A DNA stretch of 64,000 nucleotides from Octopus vulgaris (taxonomy: Eukaryota), in the NCBI GenBank assembly GCA_951406725.2, contig OX597816.1, positions 66,774,001-66,838,000 of the forward strand. Direction: 5' to 3'. Positions 26,353 through 38,979 of this stretch are shown in pieces. Position 1 is the stretch's first letter, and every line of letters begins with the position of its first letter. A program made the position numbers and the translations under genes. Under the pieces are notes generated by a model. The model saw only the letters and a list, made by a program, of their open reading frames with translations, was not told the DNA's origin and ran no database searches.

Positions 26353-29300
26353 GGTAGTGCAGAGGGAGATAGATTAAGACAAAGAGTTTGTGACAGAATA
26401 ATACATAAGCCTAAATAAACTGTATGAAAATAGAAGCTAAGTTTTTTTTTAATTCTCTCTTCTGTATTACATATGTGTATATCTATAACACACTTGAAAT
26501 ATGCTTCTTGTTACAAGTGTGTGCATATTGTGTTTAAGTGTGTGTGTGTGTGTGTAAATACTTGTAGTATAAACAAAGAAAATCCGCAGAAATTAACTTT
26601 CGAAATCTAAAAGTAGAGAAAATAATTATATCCTCTCTCTCTTTTTTTTCTTTCTTTCTTGTTATGTGTGTGAACACATACGAAAAGAAAAAAGGCATAC
26701 AGTAACTTCGAAATTTCGACTCAGCTGACTTCGTCAAAGAATCTGAAGCATATACACACGGTGTATATTTACATAAGCCCATGAGTAGATGAGTTGTTCG
26801 ATCAGCTGAATTGCATACTCATTGACCTGGCACATAAGAGGCTGAGTATTTCAGACACGTGCACTCTTAGCACAAATTCTCAAATAAAATCAAAGCGACA
26901 CTGTATAGCTGTAATTTTTTAAATTATAGGCCATCCAACAGGCTTCCTTACAGTTTCCCCAACAAAATTTCACTCACAGAGAGGTTTGGATAAAATACAC
27001 CTCCTCGAGACGATAATCTTATATACAACAGTGATATCAAAGTTTTGCTGGCTCTGTTAAACTGTTTAACAAGCCGACCTAGCAGACTTCGAAGTTACTG
27101 TCGTATCTTGTTTTGATAAATAGTTAGGCATTTTAATAGGGTAGGTTTCTTTTTCAGGTTAATCTCCGATGTTTTCAACCTTAATATAAACACACACACT
27201 CGTGTATGTGTTTATGTGTGTGTTGTATGAACCAAGTACAGTCTGTTCTTACTAAGTTCCTAAAAACAAAAATAAGCTTTGAAAGTTTTACTCGGTAAGT
27301 TGAGAGAGAGAGAGAGAGAGAGAAAGGGGAAAGATAGTGAGACACGTGCTTGACAGAAAAGCAGAAAACAGAAAGAAAGGGGAGAGGCACGTGCTGGACC
27401 TAAAGTATGGAAAGTAGGTAATAATTCTTTATGTGACTAAGGAATCTTACAAAGAGTAAAAAGGATCAAACTAAATACCCACTCCCCTTACCCTTTAAAT
27501 GCGGGACAATGAACCTTGCACAAGAAAATTATAAGGATTGACAATGTCGTTTATACACTGATCCCAAGATTAAATAAATATCAGCAATGGTTTTGATTTT
27601 TTTGTAACTTTTTTTTTTCTGTTTAGACCCAGGTCAGCCCTGATCGAAAGATCTAAACTGAGAAGCAAGCTAGCCATAATTTACGTCTTTTTAATGGCAT
27701 CTATCAAAGATACAAGTATCTTATGTGTGCATTTTTATTACAAAGAAGTAAATTGAAAGAGATTTAATTGTTATTTCTAATAAGTCGAGCGAACGTGTCA
27801 AAATTCTTAGATATACCACTGAGTGTTGTACAGGTCAACTGCAGTCGAGCAGACCTATGATCAAAAGCACTCCAGCTGTGACCATCTCAGTGTTTTTGAT
27901 TATCTAGGACATTATCTAATGTGACCTTCACCTTTTTGGCATAACTACAGTTTGGTCTCCCACAACTTTGTTCCCTTTATTTTGGAAGAGTTTCGAGTCA
28001 TTCTTCTCTACCACCACTCTGTAGTTATACTACCTTTTAAGAGAAAAGAGAGTTGAAGGAGGTTTGGCATCTATTTCTAGCAGATCGAGCGACCATCCAG
28101 GGGGTTCCTTGCTGTTTCGGGGTGGAGGTCAGTCGAAAATGTGTTTAATTCATTGAAGGGCTCCGTCTGAAACATTTCAAATTTCATTCGCTCAACACAC
28201 ACCACCATAGCTCAAACACACAAATATGAGTGCATGTATAATTAAATATATATATATGTGTGTGTGTGTACATATACACAGATGCACCCAGAGACTCATA
28301 ACAACCACTAACATAAAAATGGGACGACGGGAGAGTTGAAAGGAACGGAAGAAAGATTTTTAAATATATGACAAAAAGAAGGCATAAGTGTGAGAGGGAG
28401 AAAGAATGAGAGAAAAGGGAATGCAAGGGATGTAAATCGATTCGAAAAAGTTAGCGACGACACAAAATGATGTTAGTATAGTCAGAGGAATCAGAGTAAT
28501 GACAGGAATGCAAGAGCGGCAGCTTGGAGTGAGGCAGAATACAGAGAACGGGTCATGGTGGTGGTGGTTGGCTCGGTAAGACACAGTTGATGGCGGTGGC
28601 GGAGGGTAAAGCCGTTATATAAAGATGTTGGCGAGTGGAAGCGGTCTTAGTTAACAGACAAGGTGACGACGGTGGTGGTGGTGGAAGAACCGTATATCAG
28701 AAAACAGTGACGCGGGGGTGGGGGAATAATAAGTGGTGACAGAACAGACAGGAAGAAAAGATGGTTAAGTCTACCCGTAACTTTATTACTACTGCCACCT
28801 TATTGTTATTTTTACAGCAGTCAAGTTCCTTCCAAATCACACCCTGTCATCTAAACAAAAAAAAGGAGACATTGGGTAATGTATTATATGTACTGTGATC
28901 GAAATGGTCACAGCTGCAATTCCTTTGATCGTAGATCTACTCGATTAGGACTAATCTTGGGCGAGACAACTTGTAAAAAGTTTATTTCCTCGTATTACAA
29001 CCTCTTCCCAAATTAAAATAAAAGATACTGAATCGATAGAAAATGAAGTTTCAATGATAAAATTTTTTAAAAATGACAATACTTCATTGTATAGTCATGT
29101 AAAAGCAAGGTTTCCGTTTTATCACATAGAAACATACGACGATTTAAAATGTTTATAATTAAAGTTTGTGTTATTAAAAACAAAATCGATATTAAGTATG
29201 TTTGTGTGAGGAGGACCCAGTGTTAGAAGGGAGGGTGGGGTGAAAACGAAACATAACCACATGCAATAACAAGTTTGTGTGAGAGAAAAATACACAAATA

Positions 29301-29583
29301 TGTGGCAACTAAACACGCGTGGTATATTTATTTAGAATTTTTCGCCCCCTTAGTTATCATCAGAACCAAAAAATTTTGGGAAAGAAAGAAAGAAAGAAAG
29401 AGAAAAATTAACATAAGAGGCGGAAGTAAACATATCTCTCTATCAACACTACGGAATGTGTACATAGAAAACTATTTGATGACTTGGACTGAATGAGCGG
29501 CGAAGTTACGTAAATATAGCGGAAAGAGATATAATGTCGAATATTTTTGAAAACTCGACAGTTAAAGTGAAAACGTCACATAC

Positions 29584-29637
<54 letters not shown>

Positions 29638-29873
29638 TATGTATGTGTGTAAGTGTTTGTCTGTGTGAGTGAGAGAAAGAGAGAGAGAGGAAAAAGGTAG
29701 AGAAAGAAAGAGAAAAAATATTTGAAAAGTTATATTGATATTGTAAAATGTTTGGTAAATGACACGTGTGCTTCATATTAAAGTTTTATGATAATCGTTA
29801 AACTAAATTTAACAAAGTAAATATCTTCGTAGAAAACCACCCCCAAATAAAGTTATTCCCGCTTCGTCATATT

Positions 29874-29908
<35 letters not shown>

Positions 29909-30224
29909 ATGTCAAATTCCACACTTATTTCACCATAAACATGAATTAGTAAACTCTGGCAAACTTTAAAACACGCGAGGTCGTCTTTTTTTTTTTTTTT
30001 TATAAAAAGAATTTTCGATCGAGAATCAGCAGTGGGACTGCTTTAAAAAACATTCAAATAAGGAAAAAGAATGCATGGTATTATTGATTGTTGGTCAAAA
30101 GAGTGCGATTAAATGAGTGTACATATAATGTAACATACGTACAGTTATTGAATGAGTTTATAATAGAATAATATCAACATACAAGGTGGTGTGTAATCGT
30201 GTCAACGTCAAAGTTCGTACTTAC

Positions 30225-30279
30225 GATTTGTTTCGACTAGCGAGGCAGCCCGTGACAAAACATCCAGAGGAGTTTCCAT
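30225..30279 (-). CDS. VGLL4: First coding exon of vestigial-like 4 (VGLL4/Tgi): METPLDVLSRAASLVETN + 1 nt, phase-1 intron follows
   Basis: ATG at 30279-30277; peptide matches the recalled vertebrate VGLL4 N-terminus METPLDVLSRAASLV; canonical GTAAGT donor at 30224-30219. No TDU-motif exons were found in the window, so they presumably lie left of position 1. Confidence 0.88.
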
Positions 30280-31300
30280 ACCGTGGGTAACAACTTGGCC
30301 GTTTGTGCTGTGACGCCCGACCGGCAGGAGAAACAAAACTATTCTTGAAGAGGGTGCAGGGCTGACTGCAGTGGGGGAGATGATACTGTATGGAGTGAGA
30401 TAAGGGGAGGAGGAAAAAATCGCTACTTTTTTTTTTCCCGTCCTTGCCTCCAACCACTAATACTGTTATTGTTGTTGTTGTTGTTCCTGCTGCTGCTGCC
30501 GCCGCCTCCTCTATTTGCGGTTATATGAATGCGAGAAGAGAGATAGAAGAAAGTTTTGCCCTACACAACCGTTGAGGTGATAGTTCTCAGAATAAACATG
30601 TGCTGCTTCTCGCTAACAAAATAGTCGGCATTTTCTTGCTCCCACTCTCACTCTTTCTACCTCTCTCTCTCCTCTTACTCTTTCTTTACTACTGTCGTCT
30701 ATTCTTTCCTTTTTTTTTCCTATCGTACACGCTCGTCTTTTTAAAAAAAAAAAATTCCTCTCACTATCTCCATCGTTTCCAATCTCCCCTGGCTTTTTCC
30801 TTTTTAATAATTCCTTTCTCTCACATTCTTTATTGTTCTTTCTCTCTTTTGGCCATTCAGAATTTTGTTTTCTCCAATTCTCTCTCTATCTTTCTTAACT
30901 TTATTTTGTCCCTTTTATTCTTTCAAATCTTCTCATCGACTCTTTTGTCTTTACTTTTCTTCTCTCTAATTAATTTTATAATCAAAATCTTTCTTGGTGA
31001 CTTTTTATTTTTCGTTTACAGATCTGTTGTATCTCTCACAGTGATATCTCTTGGTTATACAAGAAATGGTCCTGTTAGCCAACTCCAACGTAAGGAGAAA
31101 AAAAAAGTTGGGATGAAGGAGAACTTACAGATATATAAAAAAAAATAAGGGGTCAGTTAGTTGACTATTGGTAAACTTTTATTTATCGTTTTTTTTTAAT
31201 TCCCATTCAGTGACCTCATGTGACTAGCAACCTCGAGCCAGAAATTTGCAGGCTGAGTCATTAATTTAATTGAAAAACTTCAAACAGAAATACAATTGTT
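30280..31300 (-). promoter_or_regulatory. Probable VGLL4 5' UTR / promoter
   Basis: Transposon-free unique sequence upstream of the ATG, CpG retained, (CTG)n(CCG)n at 30487-30510, CT-rich tract 30640-30970, TGAGTCA (AP-1) at 31254-31260. TSS not determinable. Confidence 0.55.
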
Positions 31301-32444
31301 TTAAACCACAACTTAGTAAAATATTTGCAAGTGTATATTGTACTACGATACCTGTGAGCTTATATTAAACATTTTGAAAATTTTAAATCATTTTGATTTT
31401 ATCAAAGTCTACACTTAATTTTTTTTTTTCTGATGTTTTATTTTATACTCGAAGCAGTTTCTAAAATCATTCTCCGAATTTTTTTACCGCTTCAACAGGT
31501 TACATCAGAAATTAGGTTTCTAATATAATGCCTTTAAACGTCTAACTACTTTCTAAGGGGTGTTTATTCGATGTAGATAAGGCGGAAATTAAAAAAAAAA
31601 GCAGCAATTAAACATTAGAAGAAAATTGCTAAAAGAATGCCATTTCGGGGCACGTACTGAAATAAACGAAAAGGGTAAATCATAATTAAACAACCAAATT
31701 ATATTTCGGACAAACGTTCACTCGTTTAGTTTGAAAATTCTTTCAAGGAGTTTTCTATAGAAATTCAAGTTCCACTAAGAAACTTCTCTTCTTTCCGTTA
31801 TCTCTGCTATTATTGTTAAATAATACAGTTTTTGCTCCTTACATGTATTTACTTCATCACTGCAACATTATAGTCTAACTTGACACTACATATGTCAAAT
31901 CATTTTTTCGTCTCTCATTGTCCTCTTCCAAGGAATCTATCCAGTCAATCTTCAACTTTAATCCTGTAACACATTACCAGTGCATACATATCTTTCTTTT
32001 CTCCTACTGTATGCACCATTTATTCTGTTTTAATTCCTCGACCTTCCACTCCACTTGTTCTCTCTCTCTCTAACTAGTTTTCCTTAATATATTAAAACAT
32101 GTCACCTGCCTTTGATGATTGAGGGATGTTTAAAATGTTTAGAGACACTAACTACGTTGTACCCCCTCTTACAACCTTGTAACCCCCCCCCTCTCTCTTC
32201 CCACACATACCAGGTGATTCCAAAGTTCCTTTAGCGTCTTATAGTGTATTTCCACTATGAACAAATGTACCAAGCTAAAGTGTTTACTTTTTGAACAAAC
32301 AGCCCCACTGCTCAGCACCTTAGACAAGTGTCTTTTGCTATAGCCCTAGACCAACCAGTATTCTTGTGAGGGAATTTAATAGATTGGAAACTGAAAGAAG
32401 CCTGGATTACATCTATCTATCTATCTGTATGGCTGACGGTTAGT

Positions 32445-32648
32445 AAGGAGAGACACAAACAAATAAGAAAGAAGAAAACAAAGGACCACTGATGCGGTCA
32501 CAAGAGTGTGACGAAAGAACTTTGGCCGAAATAAGATTAAGATTAATGTAAAAAATCAATATCACTGAAGCAAAATAACACCAAATATATAGTGCGTGTG
32601 TTTTTATTGGCTAAACTGGCAATATGACCATTCCGAAATATAACAATA
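32445..32648 (+). mobile_element. Short Penelope/retrozyme-like insert with minimal hammerhead fold (32483-32527)
   Basis: GGACCA-CTGATGC-G-GTCAC/GTGAC-GAAA-GAAC-TT-TGGCC; ends in (TA)n. Confidence 0.5.
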
Positions 32649-33572
32649 TATATATATATATATATAGAAAACCACTAAGCTACAGCTATAAATGTTGATG
32701 TCACACTGTTTGTGGTTAGGCAGCAATTGGAGATGTTTATTGACATTTCTTGCTGACGAATCATCCTCTTGCTCTGCTCTGTTCTTTCAAATTCCTCTAG
32801 AATAAAAGAAAGATTCCTTATTTGAAAACAGATAAGGGTTGGTGTCAGGAAAAGCATCTGGTTGTAAAACCTTGCCTCAAATTACTCCCATCTAAGCCAT
32901 ATCAGTGTAAATAAAACAAGCATTAAATGCAACAAACTTACTGTTATTTTATTTAGTAAAGAATTCAGAATCTCCCTTACCATGTTTAAAACATAATCAA
33001 CACCCTTTTGCAACAACTAAAATCAAATCTATCAAGAATATTGTGGTTTGAATTTTCATCACTTCTTTGATTCTTTACTTTAAATACTTAATAATTTTGA
33101 TTACACTTCTGCAGACCTGATCATAAAAATTGCACCAAATGAAGAAATGCAAGGAATTAAGATCAGAACTCCAAGGTAAACAAAAGGCCAGACCATCTCT
33201 AGACCACCACTATCATGGAAATTGAGCATTAAGGAATTGATATGTACTGAGACCCCAGTATAGAAGTACGCCATCATGCTATAGAATAGTTCTTTAAAAT
33301 ATTCTTTTTGCTTACAAGTCTTTTCAGCAATTCCATGTAGATATCCTTTGGTATAGCAGTGTCAAAAAATAATAATAAATAAAACATCAATCAAAAAGTT
33401 ATCACATTGTGTTGCCTAGCCAGACAGTAGCCTTCCGCAACTAAAAGCACCTATCGAGTGTTTAGGGGAGGGGGGTTTATTTTATAACTCTATACTTAAC
33501 ACCAAATTTCTTGACAGTGCTCCAGTCATGAAATGTTGCTTTGTCACAAAATAAAATTTTCCTAAGTTAGTT

Positions 33573-33755
33573 GGCGCAGGAGTAGCTGTGTGGTAAGTAG
33601 CTTACTTACCAACCACATGGTTCTGGGTTCAGTCCCACTGTGTGGCACCTTGGGCAAGTGTCTTCTACTATAGCCTCGGGCCGACCAAAGCCTTGTGAGT
33701 GGATTTAGTAGACGGAAACTGAAAGAAGCCCATAGTATATGTGTGTGTGTGTATA

Positions 33756-33807
<52 letters not shown>

Positions 33808-34036
33808 AAATTTAAAATGAGGGTGAGAAATTAGATAGTAATTTAATTAACATCGATTTCACACCAGTGGTCTAGCATATAAAAAAACTGAAGGTTCAGT
33901 AAAATTGTATTATATACATATTAGAGGGAAACGGTTGTTTTGGTAAATTTTTCTTGGGAACATTTCTTAGTGGTAAGACCATAGCGGATCTATTTCTAGC
34001 ATAAGGGTGTCTACATAGTGGTTTCCCTCTAATATG

Positions 34037-34069
<33 letters not shown>

Positions 34070-34256
34070 CTGTACCCCCAACATCACTTGACAACTGATG
34101 CTGGTGTGTTTATGTCCCCATAACTTAGTGGTTCAGCAAAAGAGACCGATAGAATAATTACTAGGCTTACAAAGAATAAGTCCTGGGGTCAATTTGCTTG
34201 ACTAAAGGCGGTGGTCCAGCATAGCCGCAGACTAATGACTGAAACAAGTAAAAAAG
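33573..34256 (+). mobile_element. SINE family A with a ~230-bp foreign insert in its internal (TA)n
   Basis: Head 33573-33735, insert ~33805-34032, tail 34070-34256. Confidence 0.8.
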
Positions 34257-34502
34257 TAGTCTGTATCCCTGGCTATTTAAGTCAATGATGAGTACACTTA
34301 GCATCAACAGATAATTTCTGACTCATTGACAAAACTTTTCATACCACTAAATTTTAGATACCCAGAGTTTTGAAACCTGCATGTGACTGGTATGGATTTT
34401 GTTGCAAATGAATTGTAATAAATGGTTTTCACTGAGACAGGTCTTCAAGTAAGCATGTAGTTTTAGCCCTTTAGCATTTAAACTGGCCATATCTGACCCA
34501 AA

Positions 34503-34800
34503 GTGGAGGCGCAGTCGCCTAGTGGTTAGGGCAGCGGACTCACAGTCGGAGGATTGCGGTTTCGATTCCCAGACCAGGTGTTGTGTGTGTTTATTGAGCG
34601 AAAACACCTACAAGCTCCACCAGTGGGTAGTGGTGACCCCTGTTGTACTCTTTTGCCACAACTTTCTCTCACTCTCTCTTCTTGTTTCTTGAGTAACGCT
34701 GTGATGGACTGGCATCCCGTCCAGCTGGGGGGAACACATACACCACAGAAACCGGGAAACCGGGCCCATGAGCCTGGCTAGGCTTAAAAAGGGCGATGTT
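34503..34800 (+). mobile_element. SINE family B nested in a piggyBac-like MITE (~34467-34986)
   Basis: 14-bp TSD ATATCTGACCCAAA (34489-34502, 34810-34823); host ends CCCTTTAGCATT / AATGTTAAAGGA-TTAA. Confidence 0.8.
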
Positions 34801-35207
34801 AATCATTTTATATCTGACCCAAACATTCTACCTGTCTCCAGTCTCTCAAACCTACCCTATAATGCCATTTTAAAAATAAACAATCATATCATTGAAGTCT
34901 CAGAGCTATGAGACTGCATAATTAATTCAAAACAATGTGAAAAAATAAATAATTACATTTGACAATATAATCTGAATGTTAAAGGATTAAATTGCTTGAA
35001 AGTTTTATGAATGGTGATGAGTCTTGGAAGATTCTGGTTTATTTCTTCTTTTTGCATCCTTTGAACTTATACAATTCATTCATTGTTTTGTGTCATTTTT
35101 AAGATAATGAATATTCTCTCATCTTTTTATTATTATGACATTTTTCTTGAATGTATAAAACAATATGAAAATATTTACAACAAAATGGTATAGATAGTAT
35201 TAAAAGC

Positions 35208-36260
35208 ACAGGGTGCTTGGACTAAATTTGATGAATTTTTAAAGTCTCTTTTTTTTCCAGAAAAGCTTAATGCATTGGTGAAAGTTGTAGTTGAGAAAAA
35301 GTTAGCTGACATGGACAACTGGAAACCATCTGAATATTGATAATGAGTTGCCTGTATTATAATGATTCACACTTTGTATCAAAATGCTGACAGCACAACT
35401 GCTGCTTCATACTCGGTGAACACTGTAAAGACATGGACAGCTGCCACAGAGAATGCAAAGCCATGGCTAGCAGGAAGGGACACAGCTGGCATTCTGACAG
35501 CATCTGCACACTGGAATTCATCCCACTTCTTTGAATAGGGCCTTAGGCCCAATTGATATGATTATCTCTGTGTCGCCTTACTGGCACTTGTGCTGGTGGC
35601 ACGTGACAAAACATTTGAGCGAGGTCGTTGCCAGTGCCGCTGGACTGGCTCCTGTGCAGGTGGCACATAAACAGCAACATTTGAGCATGGCTGTTGACAC
35701 TACCGCCTGACTGGCCCTTGTGCTGGTGGCACATAAAAGCAGCCACTACACTCTCAGAGTGGTTGGCGTTAGGAAGAGCATCCAGCTGTAGAAACTCTGC
35801 CAGATCAGACCAGAGCCTGGTGCAGCCATCTGGTTCACCAGTCCTCAGTCAAATCGTCCAACCCACGCCAGCATGGAAAGCAGACGTTAAACGATGATGA
35901 TGATGATGATGATGACAACAGATTGTGGTCAATTCCTGGCTGGAGGTGATTGCTGCTGGAAGGCTACATGTGTGGCAACAGGATTCAGTTCTCTCTGGAA
36001 AGAGTCGGAGGTATTTGTTAGAGAATCTATATAATTTCACCTGCCCCAATTTCTGGCTTCCTAATTTCCCTGGGGTACAGTTATGAAAAACACTAACTGC
36101 TCTACCTGCAGTATTAAGGCTGAACTGGAGGCCAAGATCAAAGAGGTGTTCAAAGATCTTCCTAGGGATATAGTCAGGAGTGAATGCACCAGGTTTTGGA
36201 GCCTCTTGATGCTGTAGTGGAAGCTGAGGGTGGAGACTGGGTAAACTGTTTTCTCCCGGC
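35208..36260 (+). mobile_element. Degraded Tc1/mariner (maT-like) element interrupted by an RTE 3' UTR (35558-35914)
   Basis: CAGGGTGC start; C-terminal ..AKIKEVFKDLPRDIV..AVVEAEGG. Confidence 0.5.
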
Positions 36261-36264
36261 CATA

Positions 36265-36612
36265 ATCATCATCATCATCATTTAACGTCCGCTTTCCATG
36301 CTAGCATGGGTTGGACGTATGACTGAGGGCTGGCGAACCAGATGGCTGCACCAGGCTTCAATCTTGATCTGGCAGAGTTTATACAGCTGGATGCCCTTCC
36401 TAATGCCAACCACTCTGAGAGTGTAGTGGATGCTTTTACGTGCCAGTCAGGCGGCACTGGCAACGACCTTGCTCGAATCTTTTACACATGCCACCAGCGC
36501 AGGTGCCAGTAAGGCGATGCTGGTAACAATCACGCTTGAATGGTGCTTTTTATGTGCCACCGGCATAGAGGCCAGATAGCTGCTCTGGCAACGATCAGGC
36601 TCGGATGGTGAG
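36265..36612 (-). mobile_element. RTE LINE 3' UTR fragment
   Basis: (CAT)n tail plus conserved terminus and VNTR units. Confidence 0.8.
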
Positions 36613-36899
36613 ATCTTGATATTTTTTGATTTCTAAAAATACTTTTATTTTTGGATGGGTCAGTGTGTTTTCTTTTCCTTTTGTCCAAATTGTCAAATTT
36701 AGCCTGAACACCATGAACATATAAATAAAATTGTAACAAGGAAAATTATATATCATTTAAATGCTAAAGTAACTTCTGAATCATCCTTTGTGATGATGAT
36801 GATCATCATCATTTTAATGTGCACTTTTTCATGTTGGCTGAGGTCAGTCAGTGTTCACTGAGGCAGATTAAGATGACTGAATGATCTTCTTATCAACCC

Positions 36900-37950
36900 T
36901 AACATGCTTGCACTATCGCTTGGATGACAGACACTTCAATCTTGCATGTTTCTGTGTAAAGACAAGGACCTCTGCTATCTCAGTCCATGAGATGCAGTAA
37001 GCCGGTGACAATGCCACTCTGAGACTGCAGATGGCCTACAAAGGACAGCTGATCTTTACAATGCAGCTTACGAACACTTTGGGATGCAGGTAAACACATT
37101 AAAGACCAAGACACTGATCCAACCTGCACCAGGCCAGAACAGTCCACCCACAAACATTAGCATCAATGGCCAACCCCTACAAGAAGTTGAACACTTCACA
37201 TACCTTGGAAGTATCCTTTCGAAGACTCCCACGTGTGAAAAGGACTCAGCCAAAGTGTATTCTTCAATCACGCGCTGACCATCCAGACAAAGACATTGGT
37301 CTTCCATGCCATTGTCCCATCAACTCTACGCTTGTCAGACTTGGATGTTGTACTGCCATGACTTCAAGCGCCTTGAATGCTTCCAGCAACTGAAGCTACA
37401 ACAGATCCTTAACATACAATGGGAAGATCACGTTACCAACAACAAGGTTCTTTGCCGCGCCTCACTACCAAGTGTCAAAGCCACCATTCTCCACCATGGT
37501 TGCTGCTGGGTAGGTCATGCCCAGCATATGGAGCTCTCTCATTTCCCAGGGATCATGCTCTACGGAGAACTTGGCAATCAGAACAAGACCCAGAGGAGGT
37601 TTGAAATTCCATTTTAAAGACTAGCTCAAATGGACCTTGACTCAAGCTAACATCCAGCCATCCTCATGGGAACAGATTACTGTGGTCAGAACAGCCCGGA
37701 GGACTGCTATCCACAATGGAGCCAGCTCCTTTGAGCAGAATAGACAACAGAATGAGGAGGTAAAACTCAAGAGAAGAAAAGAGAGTCTTCAACATCCTCA
37801 ACCTGCACTGACCATCCTGTGTGAGTTCTGCCCACAACTCTTTCACCACTGGCTTGGACTCCAAAGTCACATTTGGAACAAACATCTGATGAGGAGGCTG
37901 GATAGAAAACTGACGAACCCAATCCTCGGATACGAGCTGGAGCCGACTAA
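36900..37950 (+). mobile_element. Degraded RTE-BovB-like LINE ORF2 3' part
   Basis: NGQPLQEVEHFTYLGSIL; QILNIQWEDHVTNNKVL..WVGH..MLYGEL; C-terminal C-x2-C..H finger; stops and frameshifts. Confidence 0.8.
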
Positions 37951-38247
37951 TATTTTCCCTTGGTCAGACATGTTTTTGCATAGGATTGGAATTGAATGAT
38001 GCAGCTTGTACAAAAGCGACAATCAATTACATCTGTCATGTGATGTCAAGACGAAGAGACACTCACACAGTTTCTAGTTCATGTTGTTCGTATTTAATAT
38101 CTGGGTAATTATGTTTTCCTAATATGTGTAGCAATTATATATTTGTTCTATTGAAGGAGGCAATGTTGGCATGACCTTCTTGAGGGTTGCTTTCTGCATA
38201 GGTGTTAGAGGTAATCACAAAGAAAACATTATTGTTTGGGAGGAATA

Positions 38248-38735
38248 TCATCATTATCATCATCATCATCGTTTAATGTTCGCTTTCCATGCTGGCATGG
38301 GTTGGATGGTTTGACTGGGGACTGGTGAGCCAGATGGCTGCACCAGGCTCCAATCTGATCTGGCAGAGTTTCTACAGTTAGATGCCCTTCCTAATGCCAA
38401 CCACTTCGAGGGTGTAGTGGGTGCTTTTACATGCCACCGGCATAAGAGCCAGTATTGGCAACGGCCATGCTCAAATGATGTTTTTACATGTCACCTGCAC
38501 AGGAGCCAGTCCAGCGGCACTGGCAATGCCCTCGCTTGAATGTTGTTTTTCACATACCACTGGCACAAGTGCCAGTAAGGCAACACTGGTAATGATCACG
38601 CTCGAATGGTGCTTTTTATGTGCCACCGGCACGGGGGCCAGTCAGCAGCCCTGGCAATGATCATGCTTGGATGGTGCTCTTAGCACTCCACTAGCACAGA
38701 TACCAGTCATGAGGTGCTGTGATCGAATTTGATTT
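38248..38735 (-). mobile_element. RTE LINE 3' UTR fragment
   Basis: Tail plus VNTR. Confidence 0.8.
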
Positions 38736-38979
38736 CGGAATATTTGAACCCCAGAGCACATCATAATTGATAAACTTGAAGCATTTTAAAAATCTCAACA
38801 GAAAAATTATACAACAATATCAGCTGTATACTTTGTCCTGATGAGTATAGAAGTAAATTTGTTTTGCCAGATGAGAACTTAGCAGTTAAAATATGAGAAA
38901 AAATTTTAATGAATAAAGTCGCAATTAAACAATAAACATTATTTTTGCATTTTTGGTGCAATGTCAGTGTGCATGTTTG

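Noticed and set aside
30600-31148. 182-aa hydrophobic ORF
   Set aside because: Translation of a CT-rich tract; the same applies to 60280-60753.
38420-38700. CRISPR-like repeat-spacer appearance of GTGC..ATGTGCCACCGGCAC units (also 12750-13020, 35570-35750)
   Set aside because: Eukaryotic LINE 3' UTR VNTR; the 'spacers' are related to one another and there are no cas genes.
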